A stretch of DNA of 64,000 bases from contig CAWCKW010000013.1 of assembly GCA_963796285.1 (NCBI GenBank), forward strand, positions 192,001 through 256,000, in the 5' to 3' direction. This document shows, one piece after another, positions 11,840-31,970 of the stretch. The stretch comes from Nitrospirota bacterium (lineage in GTDB: Bacteria > Nitrospirota > UBA9217). Every line of letters starts with the position of its first letter. The first letter of the stretch is position 1. The notes below the pieces were generated by a model. It saw nothing but the letters and a program-made list of their open reading frames with translations. It ran no database searches and had not been told where the DNA came from. The translations under genes were made by a program, and so were the position numbers.

Positions 11840-11899
11840 AATATCTTATCCCTATTTCACCAATCTGAACATCCTCACGCTGCCTCAGCAGTATGGGTA

Positions 11900-12220
11900 T
11901 CAATCAATGATCTCACTACAGGTCTTGCATACTCGTGTGCGCGTGCCGTCACCCTGCGTCTTCCGTGAAATCGACGTTGGCTTATCGCATTTCACACAAA
12001 TAAGTTTTACGTTCGAAGCGGCAATCGGACTCTCTTTCTCCAGAATACCGCCCTGCCTGAGTTGCTGATTGGGTTTTGTATGCCGCTTGATCATATTAAG
12101 CTTCTCAATGAGGAGCCGGTTGGTAGCGGGATAGACTGCGATTACCCTACCCCGCTTCCCTTTCTCCTTGCCGGAAACCACCATCACGTTATCATTTTTT
12201 TTAATCTGCATTTTTCCCAA
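11900..12220 (-). CDS. rplX: 50S ribosomal protein L24
   Basis: KOW motif VSGKEKGKRG, GGILEKESPI, C-terminal CxxC pairs. Confidence 0.97.
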   Translation of the reverse strand: MGKMQIKKNDNVMVVSGKEKGKRGRVIAVYPATNRLLIEKLNMIKRHTKPNQQLRQGGILEKESPIAASNVKLICVKCDKPTSISRKTQGDGTRTRVCKTCSEIID

Positions 12221-12257
12221 TCCTGCTTATCCGTAAACTGTTATTGACGACTTTGTG

Positions 12258-12626
12258 CTAGAGAACTTCGGGTGCAAGTGAAATGATCTTCATAAAGTTC
12301 TTTTTGCGAAGTTCGCGAGCAACGGGCCCGAAGATACGCGTCCCGATCGGCTCATTCGATGCATTGATAAGCACTGCAGCATTCCGGTCGAACTTGATGT
12401 ACGACCCGTCCTGCCGGCGAACTTCCTTCGTGGTCCTGACGACCACGGCCTTGGCCACCGTTCCTTTTTTTGCCTGTCCCTCGGGAATCGCCACCTTAAT
12501 GGCCACGACGATTATGTCGCCGAGCGAGGCATAGCGCTTACGTGTTCCGCCAAGTACCTTTATGCACATCACTTTTTTTGCGCCAGAATTATCGGCGACA
12601 TCCAATACTGTCTGCTGCTGAATCAT
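12258..12626 (-). CDS. rplN: 50S ribosomal protein L14
   Basis: [28 protein letters not shown]. Confidence 0.98.
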   Translation of the reverse strand: MIQQQTVLDVADNSGAKKVMCIKVLGGTRKRYASLGDIIVVAIKVAIPEGQAKKGTVAKAVVVRTTKEVRRQDGSYIKFDRNAAVLINASNEPIGTRIFGPVARELRKKNFMKIISLAPEVL

Positions 12627-12655
12627 AATTCATCCTCTGGAAGGGTTTTCGTCCT

Positions 12656-12916
12656 TTATTGATTGGCCTTCTCGACGATCTCGAGAACTTTCCACCTTTT
12701 TTCTTTGGAAAGAGGCCTGGTCTCGATGAACCGGACCACGTCCCCCACCTTGCACTCGTTCTTTTCGTCATGAACCTTGAACTTTGTGGTCCGCTTGATG
12801 GTCTTGGTGTATTTCGCATGTGCAATACGCCTGGTGACCGCGAGCACAACCGTCTTGTCCATCTTGTCACTAACGACCTGACCCATATACGTTTTTCGCT
12901 TCTTATACTCTTCCAT
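12656..12916 (-). CDS. rpsQ: 30S ribosomal protein S17
   Basis: [29 protein letters not shown]. Confidence 0.98.
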   Translation of the reverse strand: MEEYKKRKTYMGQVVSDKMDKTVVLAVTRRIAHAKYTKTIKRTTKFKVHDEKNECKVGDVVRFIETRPLSKEKRWKVLEIVEKANQ

Positions 12917-13103
12917 ACTTTTCCTTTAAGACTGTCTTGGTTTTGGCGATGTCCCTGCGCAATGTTCTGAGGCGCATCGGGTTCTCTATCTGGCCCATGG
13001 CCTGCTGAAATCTCAGATTGAACATCTCTTTTTTGAGATCAGCCGCCTTGGTCTGCAGTTCATCGCTTGACAGATCCCGCAGTTCCTTTGCACTCGTCTT
13101 CAT
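12903..13103 (-). CDS. rpmC: 50S ribosomal protein L29
   Basis: KELRDLS, FNLRFQ, RRDIAK. Confidence 0.97.
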   Translation of the reverse strand: MKTSAKELRDLSSDELQTKAADLKKEMFNLRFQQAMGQIENPMRLRTLRRDIAKTKTVLKEKYGRV

Positions 13104-13516
13104 ATTTCCGCCTCCCGCGATACAAACTTCGTAGCAACCGGCAGCTTGTATGCCGCGAGCCTGAACGCCTCTCTGGCCACGGATTCGTCAACTCCACCCA
13201 TCTCGTAGAGCACACGGCCGGGCTTCACAACGGCAACCCAGTATTCCGGCGCGCCTTTACCTTTTCCCATACGCGTTTCCGCAGGCTTCTTCGTAATCGG
13301 CTTGTCAGGGAATATCCGTATCCAGATTTTGCCGCCACGTTTGACATAACGAGTCATGGCGATACGAGCTGCCTCGATCTGCCTGCTCGTGATCCACCCA
13401 GGCTCTAGGACCTTCAGGCCATACTCACCGTAGCTTACTTCCGCACCCCGGTAGGCAATGCCGTTCATGTTTCCCTTGTGCATCTTTCTATGCTTTACTC
13501 GTTTGGGCGATAACAT
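13100..13516 (-). CDS. rplP: 50S ribosomal protein L16
   Basis: [22 protein letters not shown]. Confidence 0.98.
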   Translation of the reverse strand: MLSPKRVKHRKMHKGNMNGIAYRGAEVSYGEYGLKVLEPGWITSRQIEAARIAMTRYVKRGGKIWIRIFPDKPITKKPAETRMGKGKGAPEYWVAVVKPGRVLYEMGGVDESVAREAFRLAAYKLPVATKFVSREAEI

Positions 13517-13563
13517 AAATAAAAATCCTTTATCTCGGTGATCTCATATCTGCACTCGTACTA

Positions 13564-14214
13564 TTATGCAGTGGCTGTTGGCTTCGGAACCTGGAGCACA
13601 TCCCCCCGGTAGATCCAGACCTTTACGCCAATCTGGCCCATCGTAGTCTTGGCCTCAAAGAAGCCATATTGAATGTCAGCCCGGAGGGTATGGAGCGGCA
13701 CCCGGCCCTCACGATACCATTCGGTCCGTGCGATCTCGCCGCCCGCCAGCCTTCCGGCGCACATTATCTTAATGCCCTGCGCGCCCAACCTGAGCGCTGA
13801 GGTCACTGATTTTTTCATAGCCCTGCGAAACGCGATTCTGCGCTCTAGCTGGAGTGCTATATTCTCGGCCACAAGCTGTGCATCCAGCTCGGGACGTCTG
13901 ATTTCCTGAATATTGATATACATCTGTTTACCGGTCATGGTCTCGAGGTCTTTTTTGAGCTTGTCAACCTCAGCGCCCTTTTTACCTATAATAATGCCCG
14001 GCCGAGCAGTATGAATATTGATCTTTGCCTTCTGGCCCGCTCGCTCAATCTCGATTTTGGAGACCCCCGCATGCATGAGCCTCTCCTTGACGATCTTACG
14101 GATCTTAAAGTCCTCATGCAAAAGGGTTGCATAATTCTTCTGGGAGAACCAGCGTGAATCCCATGTCTTTATAACCCCGATCCGAAACCCGATTGGATGA
14201 ACCTTTTGTCCCAT
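13564..14214 (-). CDS. rpsC: 30S ribosomal protein S3
   Basis: [23 protein letters not shown]. Confidence 0.98.
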   Translation of the reverse strand: MGQKVHPIGFRIGVIKTWDSRWFSQKNYATLLHEDFKIRKIVKERLMHAGVSKIEIERAGQKAKINIHTARPGIIIGKKGAEVDKLKKDLETMTGKQMYINIQEIRRPELDAQLVAENIALQLERRIAFRRAMKKSVTSALRLGAQGIKIMCAGRLAGGEIARTEWYREGRVPLHTLRADIQYGFFEAKTTMGQIGVKVWIYRGDVLQVPKPTATA

Positions 14215-14234
14215 GATGCCTCCGTATGGTATAA

Positions 14235-14564
14235 CTACGCTGAGAGTACCAGCGTTATATGGCTGGTCCGCTTTCTAATAGTATTACCGCGCCCCATGGC
14301 TCGAGCCCGCATTCGTTTCATGGTAACACCCTGGTTCACGTAGGCCTTGGTCACCTTGAGTGCATCCAGATCTCCCACCTTTTTTTGCTCAGCGTTTGCC
14401 ACTGCGGAATCTAAAAGCTTTTTGACTATACGCGCGGCATGGAGCGGCGTGAACGTGAGAATATTAAGTGCATCTCCCACCATCTTACCCCGGATAAGAT
14501 CTATCACCTGCCTCGCCTTGCGCGGCGTAATTCGTATGTGTCTTACTGTTGCACTTGCTTCCAT
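14235..14564 (-). CDS. rplV: 50S ribosomal protein L22
   Basis: [24 protein letters not shown]. Confidence 0.98.
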   Translation of the reverse strand: MEASATVRHIRITPRKARQVIDLIRGKMVGDALNILTFTPLHAARIVKKLLDSAVANAEQKKVGDLDALKVTKAYVNQGVTMKRMRARAMGRGNTIRKRTSHITLVLSA

Positions 14565-14606
14565 CTGATCGTCCTCACTCTACTCTCATACAAGGCGTTC
14601 TTAGTT

Positions 14607-14897
14607 TTACTTCGGTGCACTCGTCTTCTCTGCAGCTTTTGACCCGCCATGCGCCTTGAACGTCCGGGTCGGAGAAAATTCACCGAGCTTATGGCCAACC
14701 ATGTTCTCGGTGATGTACACTGGAATAAACTTCCTTCCGTTATGCACTGCCAAGGTGTGTCCCACGAAATCAGGTGTAATCGTCGACCTGCGTGACCACG
14801 TCTTCGTAATCTTTTTTTCGCCCGTGGTGTTCATGGCCTCAACCTTTTTCATGAGGCTCTCATCTATAAAAGGGCCTTTTTTAACTGATCTCGGCAC
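14607..14897 (-). CDS. rpsS: 30S ribosomal protein S19
   Basis: [23 protein letters not shown]. Confidence 0.98.
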   Translation of the reverse strand: MPRSVKKGPFIDESLMKKVEAMNTTGEKKITKTWSRRSTITPDFVGHTLAVHNGRKFIPVYITENMVGHKLGEFSPTRTFKAHGGSKAAEKTSAPK

Positions 14898-14975
14898 CGT
14901 ATCCTCCGTACGTTAAATCAAATTCAAAATTCTGGTTGATAAATCCTCATCATTGGGATTTAGCGTTTGTTTTAG

Positions 14976-15803
14976 TTACCTACTTTTTGTTCTTCTCGAC
15001 AGAATAAATCTGCTCGTAGTCTTGTTATGCCTCGTCCTCACACCATCAGGAAGACCCCACGGAGAGCAACCCGGCCTGCCACCAGAGGATTTGCCCTCGC
15101 CTCCGCCAAGCGGATGGTCGACAGGGTTCATCACCACACCGCGGACCCTCGGCCTCATCCCCATCCATCGGGCCCTGCCGGCCTTGCCGATGCTAATATT
15201 CTCATGATCCAGATTTCCTACCTGGCCAATCGTCGCCATGCACTCGGAACGGACCATGCGTACTTCACCTGAATTGAGCCGGAGCGTGGCATATTCGCCT
15301 TCTCTCGCCAGAAGCTGCACTGATGCGCCTGCGCTCCGCGCCAGCTGGCCACCAGCCCCCTGTTTAAGCTCCACGTTGTGCAGGGTGGTGCCCACGGGTA
15401 TCGACGATATAGGTAAAGCATTGCCCAGCTTGATATCAGAATCAGGACCTGACATTACGCTATCGCCCACCTTCAAACCGAGCGGAAACAGGATATAGCG
15501 CTTCTCTCCGTCCGCGTAATGGAGGAGTGCGATCCTCGCCGAGCGATTCGGATCATATTCAATCTGCGCCACTATTGCCGGAATCCCTGTCTTGTCGCGC
15601 CTGAAATCAATGATCCTGTATTTTTTCCTATGCCCGCCGCCACGATACCGTACGGTTATTTTCCCGCGGTTGTTTCTTCCACCACTCTGGTTGAGTTTTA
15701 CGACCAGCGATTTTTCCGGTGTGCTGCGCGTCACTTCTTCAAAGGTAGACGTGGTTTGGAACCGTCTTCCAGCAGATGTTGGATTATAGGACTTTACCGG
15801 CAT
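14976..15803 (-). CDS. rplB: 50S ribosomal protein L2
   Basis: [31 protein letters not shown]. Confidence 0.98.
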   Translation of the reverse strand: MPVKSYNPTSAGRRFQTTSTFEEVTRSTPEKSLVVKLNQSGGRNNRGKITVRYRGGGHRKKYRIIDFRRDKTGIPAIVAQIEYDPNRSARIALLHYADGEKRYILFPLGLKVGDSVMSGPDSDIKLGNALPISSIPVGTTLHNVELKQGAGGQLARSAGASVQLLAREGEYATLRLNSGEVRMVRSECMATIGQVGNLDHENISIGKAGRARWMGMRPRVRGVVMNPVDHPLGGGEGKSSGGRPGCSPWGLPDGVRTRHNKTTSRFILSRRTKSR

Positions 15804-16097
15804 TTAAGCACCCTCGAATATTGCGATCTTTTCACCTGGTTTAAGCGTAACATACGCTTTTTTCCAGTCCGACCTGCGGCCTAACCGCTGACCGACCCGT
15901 TTGTTCTTGCCCGCGTTCTTAACCGTAGTCACATCGGCGACCTTCACCTTGAAGATTCCCTCGATCGCCTTTTTTACTTCTACTTTATTGGCATCTACCT
16001 TCACTTCAAAGGTCAAAACATTATTCTTTTCCTTCAGCCGAGCGCCTTTTTCCGTTATCCGCGGAACGCGAATGATGTCATACATTTCTATCATCAT
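15804..16097 (-). CDS. rplW: 50S ribosomal protein L23
   Basis: PRITEK, ANKVEVKKAIE, WKKAYVTL. Confidence 0.97.
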   Translation of the reverse strand: MMIEMYDIIRVPRITEKGARLKEKNNVLTFEVKVDANKVEVKKAIEGIFKVKVADVTTVKNAGKNKRVGQRLGRRSDWKKAYVTLKPGEKIAIFEGA

Positions 16098-16717
16098 TTA
16101 CCGTACACCTCCTGCATGGAGTTCAGCGCGTCCTGCGTTGTGATGAGGTAGCGGTACTTGAGCAAATCATAGATATTGATATTGTCCATCCGAAGCACCT
16201 TAACCGACGGAATGTTGCGGGCGGCCAGCGTCAGGTTCTTGTTCTCCGACTTGATCAGGATAAGTGCGTTTTCCTGCACCCCAAGGGTCTCGAGCATCGT
16301 GGAAATCAATTTGGTCTTGGGCTCAGCAATTTCTAGCTTCTCAATAAGAACCAACCTGTTCTCATTGATCTTTGACGCAAGGGCATCGATTAGTGCTGCC
16401 CGCTTTGCCTTCTTCGGGAGGGAATAGGAATAATCCCTCGGCATGGGGCCGAAGCAGGTACCGCCGTGCCGCCAGAGCGGGGAGCGGTTGCTTCCGGAGC
16501 GAGCCCTGCCCGTTCCCTTCTGCTTCCAGGGCTTTGCTCCGCCACCACTCACCAGTGCCTTGTTCTTCGTGGATGCGGTACCGGCGCGTTTATTCGCGAG
16601 CTGGTTCACCACCGCGGCGTGCATAAGATGTGACCTCACTTCCGTTGAAAACAGCCCCGGAAGTTCCACATCCTTTACTTTCTTATTGTTCTGGTCCACC
16701 ATTACGACTGACGGCAT
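16094..16717 (-). CDS. rplD: 50S ribosomal protein L4
   Basis: KPWKQKGTGRAR, SPLWRHGG, FGPMPR. Confidence 0.98.
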   Translation of the reverse strand: MPSVVMVDQNNKKVKDVELPGLFSTEVRSHLMHAAVVNQLANKRAGTASTKNKALVSGGGAKPWKQKGTGRARSGSNRSPLWRHGGTCFGPMPRDYSYSLPKKAKRAALIDALASKINENRLVLIEKLEIAEPKTKLISTMLETLGVQENALILIKSENKNLTLAARNIPSVKVLRMDNINIYDLLKYRYLITTQDALNSMQEVYGK

Positions 16718-16739
16718 TTCAATAACCCTCTATTTTCTA

Positions 16740-17354
16740 TTAATCAGCCTTATAGATAAGGAGCAGCCCATTGACGCCCCCTGGTACAGCTCCGCGGACA
16801 AACAACAGATTCTGGTCCGGCCGGACATCTACGATCTCTAAATTCTTAATAGTCTGATTCACCACACCCATATGTCCCGGAAGTTTTTTACCCGGCCACA
16901 CCCGTGACGGATACGCGCTCGCTCCGATAGATCCGGGCGCACGATTGAACATGGAACCGTGGCCACCAGGCCCGCCTGCGAAATTATGCCGTTTCATCAC
17001 GCCGGCAAACCCTTTACCTTTGGTGACGCCGCTCACCGCGATCAATTCGCCTTTTTTGAAAAGATCAGCGGTCACGATCTGACCCTGCTCAAATTCTCCT
17101 GTACGGAACTCGCGCAGGAACCGGTGTGGCTGCACATTCGACTTCTTAAAGTGGCCGGCGAGGGCCTTCGTAATACGTCCCTGTTTTTTTTCCTCTTCAA
17201 AAGCAAGTTGGACTGACTCGTATCCATCATGCTCTGCAGTCTTCTTCTGAACAACCGTGCACGGACCTGCCTGAATAACCGTAACCGGTATAAGTTCCCC
17301 GCCGCTGTAATGCTGGCTCATGCCTATCTTTTTTCCAATGATTCCCTTGCTCAT
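16740..17354 (-). CDS. rplC: 50S ribosomal protein L3
   Basis: [23 protein letters not shown]. Confidence 0.98.
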   Translation of the reverse strand: MSKGIIGKKIGMSQHYSGGELIPVTVIQAGPCTVVQKKTAEHDGYESVQLAFEEEKKQGRITKALAGHFKKSNVQPHRFLREFRTGEFEQGQIVTADLFKKGELIAVSGVTKGKGFAGVMKRHNFAGGPGGHGSMFNRAPGSIGASAYPSRVWPGKKLPGHMGVVNQTIKNLEIVDVRPDQNLLFVRGAVPGGVNGLLLIYKAD

Positions 17355-17426
17355 TGCCTATCCCTTCACCCGCATACTTCATTCACCCTTTTCAGGGTCA
17401 TCATGCATCAGCGGCCAAGTACTTTT

Positions 17427-17732
17427 CTACAGCTTAATCTCCACATCAACGCCAGCCGCAAGATCAAGCTTCATAAGCGCATCTACGGTCTGCGGCGTTG
17501 GATCCAGAATATCCATAAGCCGTTTATGCGTCCTGATTTCAAACTGCTCCCGGGACTTTTTGTCCACATGAGGAGAGCGGAGCACGGTCCAGCGATTGAT
17601 CCTGGTCGGGAGAGGTATGGGGCCAGAAACCTTGGCTCCCGTTCTCTTTGCCGTATCCATGATTTCTACTGCAGATTGGTCGAGCAGCCGGTGGTCATAT
17701 CCTTTAAGTCGTATCCTGATCTTCTGTGTCAC
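17427..17732 (-). CDS. rpsJ: 30S ribosomal protein S10
   Basis: [33 protein letters not shown]. Confidence 0.98.
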   Translation of the reverse strand: MTQKIRIRLKGYDHRLLDQSAVEIMDTAKRTGAKVSGPIPLPTRINRWTVLRSPHVDKKSREQFEIRTHKRLMDILDPTPQTVDALMKLDLAAGVDVEIKL

Positions 17733-17748
17733 GTGTGTTCCCTTCCTC

Positions 17749-18948
17749 TTACTCGATCACTTCGGTAATAACGCCTGCGCCCACGGTCCTGCCGCCTTCG
17801 CGGATGGCAAAACGCAGGCCCTTGTCCATGGCGATCGGCCCGATAAGCTCTACCGAGCAGGTCATGTTGTCGCCCGGCATCACCATCTCGACGCCTTCAG
17901 CGAGCGTCACCACGCCCGTCACGTCCGTGGTCCGGAAATAGAACTGGGGACGGTACCCCTTGAAGAACGGGGTGTGGCGGCCGCCTTCTTCCTTCGTGAG
18001 AACATAGGCCTCGGCCTTGAATTTGGTGTGCGGCGTGATGCTTCCCGGCTTTGCCAGGACCATGCCGCGCTCCACGTCTTCCTTCTTGATGCCGCGGAGC
18101 AGGACGCCGACGTTGTCTCCGGCTTCGCCCTGGTCCAGAAGCTTTCGGAACATCTCGACGCCCGTCACCACGGTCTTCTGCGTGGGCTTGATGCCCACGA
18201 TCTCAATTTCATCGCCTACCTTAACAATGCCGCGCTCGATCCTGCCCGTGACCACCGTTCCGCGACCGGCGATGGAGAACACGTCTTCCACCGGCATAAG
18301 ATAAGGCTTGTCTATTTCGCGCTTGGGCTGGGGAATATAGCTGTCAACGGCTGCCATAAGCTCCAAGATGCTCTTGTACTCAGGCGCATTGACGTCCTTG
18401 CTCTCGCTCTGGAGGGCCTTTAACGCACTCCCCTTCACGATCGGGGTCTTGTCCCCGGGGAACTGGTATTTGGTCAACAGCTCACGGATCTCGAGTTCCA
18501 CGAGCTCGATGAGCTCGGGGTCATCCACCATGTCCACCTTGTTCATGTATACCACGATATAGGGCACACCGACCTGACGGGCAAGCAGGATGTGTTCACG
18601 GGTCTGGGGCATGGGGCCGTCTGCGGCGGAGACCACGAGGATAGCTCCGTCCATCTGGGCGGCTCCCGTGATCATGTTCTTTACGTAGTCGGCATGGCCT
18701 GGGCAGTCGACATGGGCATAATGACGGTTGTCCGTCTGGTATTCCACGTGCGCCGTGGCAATCGTGATGCCGCGTTCCCGTTCTTCCGGGGCCTTGTCGA
18801 TGTTATCGTAGGAAACAAAGGTTGCGAAGTTCTTGAACGACAACACCTTCGTTATGGCCGCTGTCAACGTCGTCTTGCCGTGGTCCACATGGCCGATGGT
18901 GCCCACGTTCACATGAGGTTTTGTCCTCTCAAATTTTGCCTTTGCCAT
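17749..18948 (-). CDS. tuf: Elongation factor Tu (str-operon copy)
   Basis: [28 protein letters not shown]. Confidence 0.99.
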   Translation of the reverse strand: MAKAKFERTKPHVNVGTIGHVDHGKTTLTAAITKVLSFKNFATFVSYDNIDKAPEERERGITIATAHVEYQTDNRHYAHVDCPGHADYVKNMITGAAQMDGAILVVSAADGPMPQTREHILLARQVGVPYIVVYMNKVDMVDDPELIELVELEIRELLTKYQFPGDKTPIVKGSALKALQSESKDVNAPEYKSILELMAAVDSYIPQPKREIDKPYLMPVEDVFSIAGRGTVVTGRIERGIVKVGDEIEIVGIKPTQKTVVTGVEMFRKLLDQGEAGDNVGVLLRGIKKEDVERGMVLAKPGSITPHTKFKAEAYVLTKEEGGRHTPFFKGYRPQFYFRTTDVTGVVTLAEGVEMVMPGDNMTCSVELIGPIAMDKGLRFAIREGGRTVGAGVITEVIE

Positions 18949-19002
18949 ACTAATTGCCTCCTGACCAAGAAAATAAAAAATTTAAAACCTTATGAAATGA
19001 AA

Positions 19003-21096
19003 TTACCTGGCCTTAACAGCCTCACCCTTTACTTTTGCAATAATCTGCTCTGAAATATTTTTCGGAACCTCTTCATAGTGCGCGAACTGCATGGTATACG
19101 TGGCCCTGCCCTGGGTCTTTGACCGGATATCGGTAGAATAACCGAACATCTCGGACAGCGGCACCTGCGCCGTGATCACCCTTCCCGCACCCCTCATGTT
19201 CATTCCCTGCACGCGGCCGCGACGGGAACTGAGGTCGCCGATGATGTCTCCCATATACTCTTCGGCGCAGACGACCTCAACTGCCATGATCGGCTCGAGT
19301 AACGCTGGAGAAGCCTTGTTTGCGCCTTCCTTAAAGGCCATGGAACCGGCGATCTTAAATGCCATTTCCGATGAGTCCACATCATGATAGGAACCGTCAA
19401 TGAGTGTAATCTTGATGTCAACCATGGGATAGCCGGCGATTACACCATTCTCCATTGCCTCTACGATGCCCTTCTGTATCGGCATGACGTATTCCTTGGG
19501 AACCGAGCCACCAACGGTCTTATTCACAAATTCAAAGCCTTTACCCGGCTCCTGCGGCTCAAGTTCGAGCACCGCATGTCCATATTGGCCGCGGCCGCCG
19601 GTTTGGCGTATATACTTTCCTTCCGCTGTTACCTTCTTACGGATCGTTTCACGATACGCCACTTGGGGCTTGCCCACATTCGCGTCTACTTTGAACTCAC
19701 GTAAGAGACGGTCGACGATGATTTCCAGATGAAGTTCTCCCATACCCGAGATGATGACCTGTCCGGTCTCCTGATCAGTCATCACGCGGAACGACGGGTC
19801 TTCCTGCATGAGTTTCTGGAGCGAGAAACCTAACTTTTCTTGGTCAGCCTTGGTCTTGGGCTCGATGGCCACGGAAATCACCGGCTCCGGGAAGATCATG
19901 GCTTCCAGGACAACAGGTTTGTTTTCATCGCAGAGGGTATGCCCGGTGAGCGTGCTCTTGAGACCCACAGCCGCGCAGATATCACCGGAATAGATCTGCT
20001 CGATCTCTTCTCGTTTGTTCGCGTGCATTTTGAGCAGTCTGCCGACCCGCTCCCTGGTACCCTTGGTAGAGTTGTAAACATACGATCCGGATGTCAGCGT
20101 GCCGGAATAGACCCGGATGAATGTAAGCTGACCTACAAAAGGATCAGTCATGATCTTGAATGCTATGCCCGCAAAGGGTTCGCTATCAGAGGCAGTGCGA
20201 ACCACTTCCTCACCCTTGGGTCCAATACCTTTGACCGGAGGGATGTCAAGCGGCGAGGGGAGGTAGTCCACTACCGCATCAAGCAAGAGCTGCACACCTT
20301 TATTCTTGAACGCCGAACCGCAAATGACCGGGAAGATGCTCATGGCAATCGTTCCTTTGCGAATTGCGGCCATGATCTCAGCATCCGTCGGCTTTTCTCC
20401 GTTCAGGAACTTTTCCATCACGATGTCGTCGGCGTCGGCGATCTTCTCAATCATTTTTTCCCGGTATTCCTGTGCCTTAGGCAGGAGGTCTGCCGGGATA
20501 TCTTCCACAATATATTTTGCGCCAAGCGTCTCGTCGTCGAACAATACAGCCTTCATTTTTACCAGGTCAATGCAGCCGCGGAACTTGTCTTCAGCGCCGA
20601 TGGGAAGCTGGATGGGCACTGCATTCGCGCCAAGCCGGTCGAACATTGACTGGACGCTCATGTAGAAGTCCGCACCGATGCGATCCATCTTGTTCATGAA
20701 AGCGATGCGCGGAACTTGATATTTGTCTGCCTGGCGCCACACCGTCTCGGACTGAGGTTCAACGCCGCTCACCGAGTCAAATGCTGCCACCGCACCATCA
20801 AGCACGCGGAGCGATCGCTCCACTTCAATAGTAAAGTCCACGTGGCCGGGAGTATCGATAATGTTGATGCGTTTGTCCCGCCAGAAGCAGGTCGTTGCAG
20901 CTGAGGTGATTGTAATGCCGCGCTCCTGCTCCTGAACCATCCAGTCCATGACCGCGGTACCATCGTGCACTTCGCCGATCTTATAGGAAACCCCGGTATA
21001 GTAAAGGATGCGCTCGGTCGTCGTCGTCTTACCTGCGTCGATGTGAGCCATAATACCGATGTTACGCGTGTTTTCGAGTGAATACTGCCTGGCCAA
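19003..21096 (-). CDS. fusA: Elongation factor G
   Basis: [31 protein letters not shown]. Confidence 0.99.
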   Translation of the reverse strand: MARQYSLENTRNIGIMAHIDAGKTTTTERILYYTGVSYKIGEVHDGTAVMDWMVQEQERGITITSAATTCFWRDKRINIIDTPGHVDFTIEVERSLRVLDGAVAAFDSVSGVEPQSETVWRQADKYQVPRIAFMNKMDRIGADFYMSVQSMFDRLGANAVPIQLPIGAEDKFRGCIDLVKMKAVLFDDETLGAKYIVEDIPADLLPKAQEYREKMIEKIADADDIVMEKFLNGEKPTDAEIMAAIRKGTIAMSIFPVICGSAFKNKGVQLLLDAVVDYLPSPLDIPPVKGIGPKGEEVVRTASDSEPFAGIAFKIMTDPFVGQLTFIRVYSGTLTSGSYVYNSTKGTRERVGRLLKMHANKREEIEQIYSGDICAAVGLKSTLTGHTLCDENKPVVLEAMIFPEPVISVAIEPKTKADQEKLGFSLQKLMQEDPSFRVMTDQETGQVIISGMGELHLEIIVDRLLREFKVDANVGKPQVAYRETIRKKVTAEGKYIRQTGGRGQYGHAVLELEPQEPGKGFEFVNKTVGGSVPKEYVMPIQKGIVEAMENGVIAGYPMVDIKITLIDGSYHDVDSSEMAFKIAGSMAFKEGANKASPALLEPIMAVEVVCAEEYMGDIIGDLSSRRGRVQGMNMRGAGRVITAQVPLSEMFGYSTDIRSKTQGRATYTMQFAHYEEVPKNISEQIIAKVKGEAVKAR

Positions 21097-21124
21097 AACT
21101 TCCTCCGCTTCTCAATAAAAAAAC

Positions 21125-21595
21125 TTACCAGCGATAATGGGCGAACGCCTTGTTGGCATCTGCCATACGATGGATGTCTTCCTTCTTCTTTACTGCCGCG
21201 CCGGTATTGTTAGATGCATCGAGAATCTCTCCAGCCAGCTTGTCTACCATGGATTTTTCCGGCCGCTGAGACGCGTAGAGCCTGAGCCAGCGATAAGCGA
21301 GCGACATCCTGCGCGGCTGTTTCACTTCGATCGGCACCTGGTACGAGGCTCCACCTACCCGGCGCGACTTTACCTCCAGAGTAGGTTTTAAATTTTCTAT
21401 TGCCTTCTTAAAAATTGCAATCGGATCGCCGTTGGTCTTCTGCTGAATTCGGTCTAGCGCCTTGTAGCAAATAGCTTCTGCTGTGCTTTTCTTGCCCTTG
21501 CGCATGAGCACGTTCACGAACTTCGCCAGCATCTGGCTGTGATATTTTGGATCGGGCAATGATTCTCTTTTTACAACAACACTTTTTCTCGGCAT
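21125..21595 (-). CDS. rpsG: 30S ribosomal protein S7
   Basis: [22 protein letters not shown]. Confidence 0.98.
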   Translation of the reverse strand: MPRKSVVVKRESLPDPKYHSQMLAKFVNVLMRKGKKSTAEAICYKALDRIQQKTNGDPIAIFKKAIENLKPTLEVKSRRVGGASYQVPIEVKQPRRMSLAYRWLRLYASQRPEKSMVDKLAGEILDASNNTGAAVKKKEDIHRMADANKAFAHYRW

Positions 21596-21659
21596 ATTAT
21601 GTTGTTCCTTCTCTTACGCATTTGGCGCCCTTCTGCGCGCCCATTGAACTATCCATCTG

Positions 21660-22031
21660 TTATTTGGGCTGCTTGGCCCCATACTTGGAACGGCCCTGCT
21701 TACGATTTGCGACCCCAACAGTGTCCAGTGTGCCTCTCACGATGTGATAGCGCACGCCCGGGAGATCCTTCACTCTTCCGCCGCGGATGAGCACGATGGA
21801 GTGTTCCTGCAGGTTATGTCCTACTCCAGGAATGTAAGTGGTCACTTCCATCCCGTTCGTAAGCCTGACCCTCGCGACCTTCCGGAGAGCCGAGTTCGGC
21901 TTCTTCGGGGTCGTGGTATACACCCTGATGCAAACACCCCTCTTCTGAGGGCAGCTCCTAAGAGCGGGACTCTTGGTCTTTGTGGCAGCTAGTGTTCTGC
22001 CATTTCTCACAAGTTGACTAATGGTAGGCAC
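21660..22031 (-). CDS. rpsL: 30S ribosomal protein S12
   Basis: [21 protein letters not shown]. Confidence 0.99.
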   Translation of the reverse strand: MPTISQLVRNGRTLAATKTKSPALRSCPQKRGVCIRVYTTTPKKPNSALRKVARVRLTNGMEVTTYIPGVGHNLQEHSIVLIRGGRVKDLPGVRYHIVRGTLDTVGVANRKQGRSKYGAKQPK

Positions 22032-22095
22032 AAGAATTACTCCTTAAAATCACGGGGATAGCATGTTTTTAAAAACATTGAGTCAAAACCTGATG

Positions 22096-22124
22096 ATTAT
22101 ACTGACACTTGACCATATTGTCAA
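22096..22124 (-). promoter_or_regulatory. Consensus sigma70 promoter of the str/S10 operon
   Basis: Minus strand TTGACA-N17-TATAAT, ~65 nt upstream of rpsL. Confidence 0.85.
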
Positions 22125-22237
22125 GGGTTTTTTTAACTGCAGCATTTTAAGTTTACCTGCATGCTCGATAATGCTGAAAAATGCTGTCCGCCTCAAACTC
22201 CGCCGTCAACATCCTGTCTTAAAAATCCAAGTCAGCC

Positions 22238-26371
<4,134 letters not shown>

Positions 26372-26389
26372 AGTGGGCCTCCCTTAAAA

Positions 26390-26506
26390 ACAAACTACAA
26401 ATCCAAAGCATCAAATCCTAGATAAATCCAAAACTTTATCAATCAAAATTCAAAACGTTTTATCCATTTTAAAAAATGATGGTATTTAGAATTTCGGATT
26501 TAGAAC
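26390..26506. repeat. Inverted degenerate heptamer-repeat insert between rpoB and rpoC
   Basis: Left units AAATCCA/AAGCATC/AAATCCT, centre AAAACGTTTT, right units GGTATTT/AGAATTT/CGGATTT. Confidence 0.6.
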
Positions 26507-26513
26507 GTCCGCA

Positions 26514-30506
<3,993 letters not shown>

Positions 30507-30648
30507 TATCGCACCCCTCTTGCAGCATTAAAATGCAAAATAAAAAATGCAACCGGTAAAAAACGCTGAATCCAAATGCAACCATTTCCATTGTTCACTT
30601 TGCACTTCATTTTAACTTAGATTTCTGCCGTCTCCGCAAGCCCTATCC

Positions 30649-30701
30649 AAAAACGCAAAAAGTCCTTTGCCCTCCGGACCGATGCCGGAGGGCAAGGACT
30701 T
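30649..30701 (-). terminator. Terminator/attenuator between rplL and rpoB
   Basis: GC-rich stem TGCCCTCCGG / CCGGAGGGCA followed by U-rich tract on the minus strand. Confidence 0.75.
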
Positions 30702-30724
30702 GGCTAATGAAGCTAGTTTGTATC

Positions 30725-31093
30725 TTACTTTACCTCGACGGTCGCCCCTGCTTCGGTGAGCTTCTTCTTCATAGTCTCTGCCTCTTCCTTGGCGACTCCG
30801 GTCTTCACCGGCTTGGGCGCACCTTCCACCAGATCCTTTGCTTCCTTGAGGCCGAGTCCCGTAAGTTCGCGCACGACCTTGATCACGTTGATCTTCTGCG
30901 CACCAGCACCGGCAAGGATCACGTCAAATGCCGTCTTCTCTTCCGCAGCTGCAGCGGGCGCTCCTGCTGCCGCCGCTGCTACGGGCGCTGCTGCTGATAC
31001 TCCCCATTTCTCCTCCAGCATCTTGCTTAACTCCGCTGCTTCAAGAACGGTCAAGCCGCTCAACTCATCAACCAATTTTGCTAAATCCGCCAT
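30725..31093 (-). CDS. rplL: 50S ribosomal protein L7/L12
   Basis: [33 protein letters not shown]. Confidence 0.98.
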   Translation of the reverse strand: MADLAKLVDELSGLTVLEAAELSKMLEEKWGVSAAAPVAAAAAGAPAAAAEEKTAFDVILAGAGAQKINVIKVVRELTGLGLKEAKDLVEGAPKPVKTGVAKEEAETMKKKLTEAGATVEVK

Positions 31094-31166
31094 GTTTCAA
31101 TATCCTCCTGATAGTGTATGAACTTTTTTAAATTCGCCCCCCTAACGGGGTGCGTTTTAATGCCTG

Positions 31167-31680
31167 TTAACCCTTGTCTGCCTTTGCCTTCATGACCCTG
31201 GCAAGCTGGCCCGCCGGGGCTACTAATATACGGGCGATCTTTGATGCGGGCGCCTGGAGAAGACCTGCGAGCTTCCCACGGAGCGCGTTGAGAGACGGCA
31301 AGGATGCCAACGCCTTGATATCCGCCTGCTTGAGCAGTTTACCGTCCAGCACACCTACTTTGAGTTCAAGCTTTGACTGTAGTTTATTGAAATCGAAGAG
31401 CACCTTGGCTGGGGCCACGACATCATCAAATCCAAGCGCAATCCCTACGGGACCGACAAAATAGTCTTTGAGCGGTTCAAGACTGGTGCCTTCCACTGCT
31501 TTCTTGGCCAAGCGTGTTTTTTACGACCCGGTATTCTACCTTTGATGTTCGCAGCTTCGCACGAAGGTCCGTGATCTGCTCTACGTTAATTCCGGTGTAC
31601 CCGGTGATGATGGCGGTCTTGGCACGAGCAAACTTCTCATGCAACTCGTCAATTGCTTCCTTTTTTTCCTGCTTATTCAC
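31167..31680 (-). CDS. rplJ: 50S ribosomal protein L10 (apparent 1-nt insertion at ~31510, probable sequence error)
   Basis: VNKQEK...YRVVKNTL continues as AKKAVEG...LASLPS in another frame. Confidence 0.93.
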
Positions 31681-31767
31681 ACGATCCTCCTTTCTTTCAA
31701 GAATTCCCGATGACCAGCCCAGGATTCTCAAAAGAAAGTGATGGGATCCAACACATTCTTTTTACCC

Positions 31768-31847
31768 GGGTCTCGGCAGGCCCCAGTACGGGATTAAGCC
31801 AAAGGGGATGTGTATCAAATCCCTTTCGGTACCTGCTGTCTCGGACC
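31768..31847 (-). promoter_or_regulatory. L10 leader (autogenous ribosomal protein leader RNA)
   Basis: Minus strand CCGAGACAGCAGG...TTAA...CCTGCCGAG pairing pattern upstream of rplJ. Confidence 0.75.
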
Positions 31848-31970
31848 GCACCCCTCTTTTTCAGGGGCCGACCTTTATCCTATTACGATGCAAAATGAAA
31901 ATTTTAAATCGCAAAGTGCAAAATTGAAACCGTTATCGCATCCATTTTGCATTTTGCCTTATTTTTTCTT

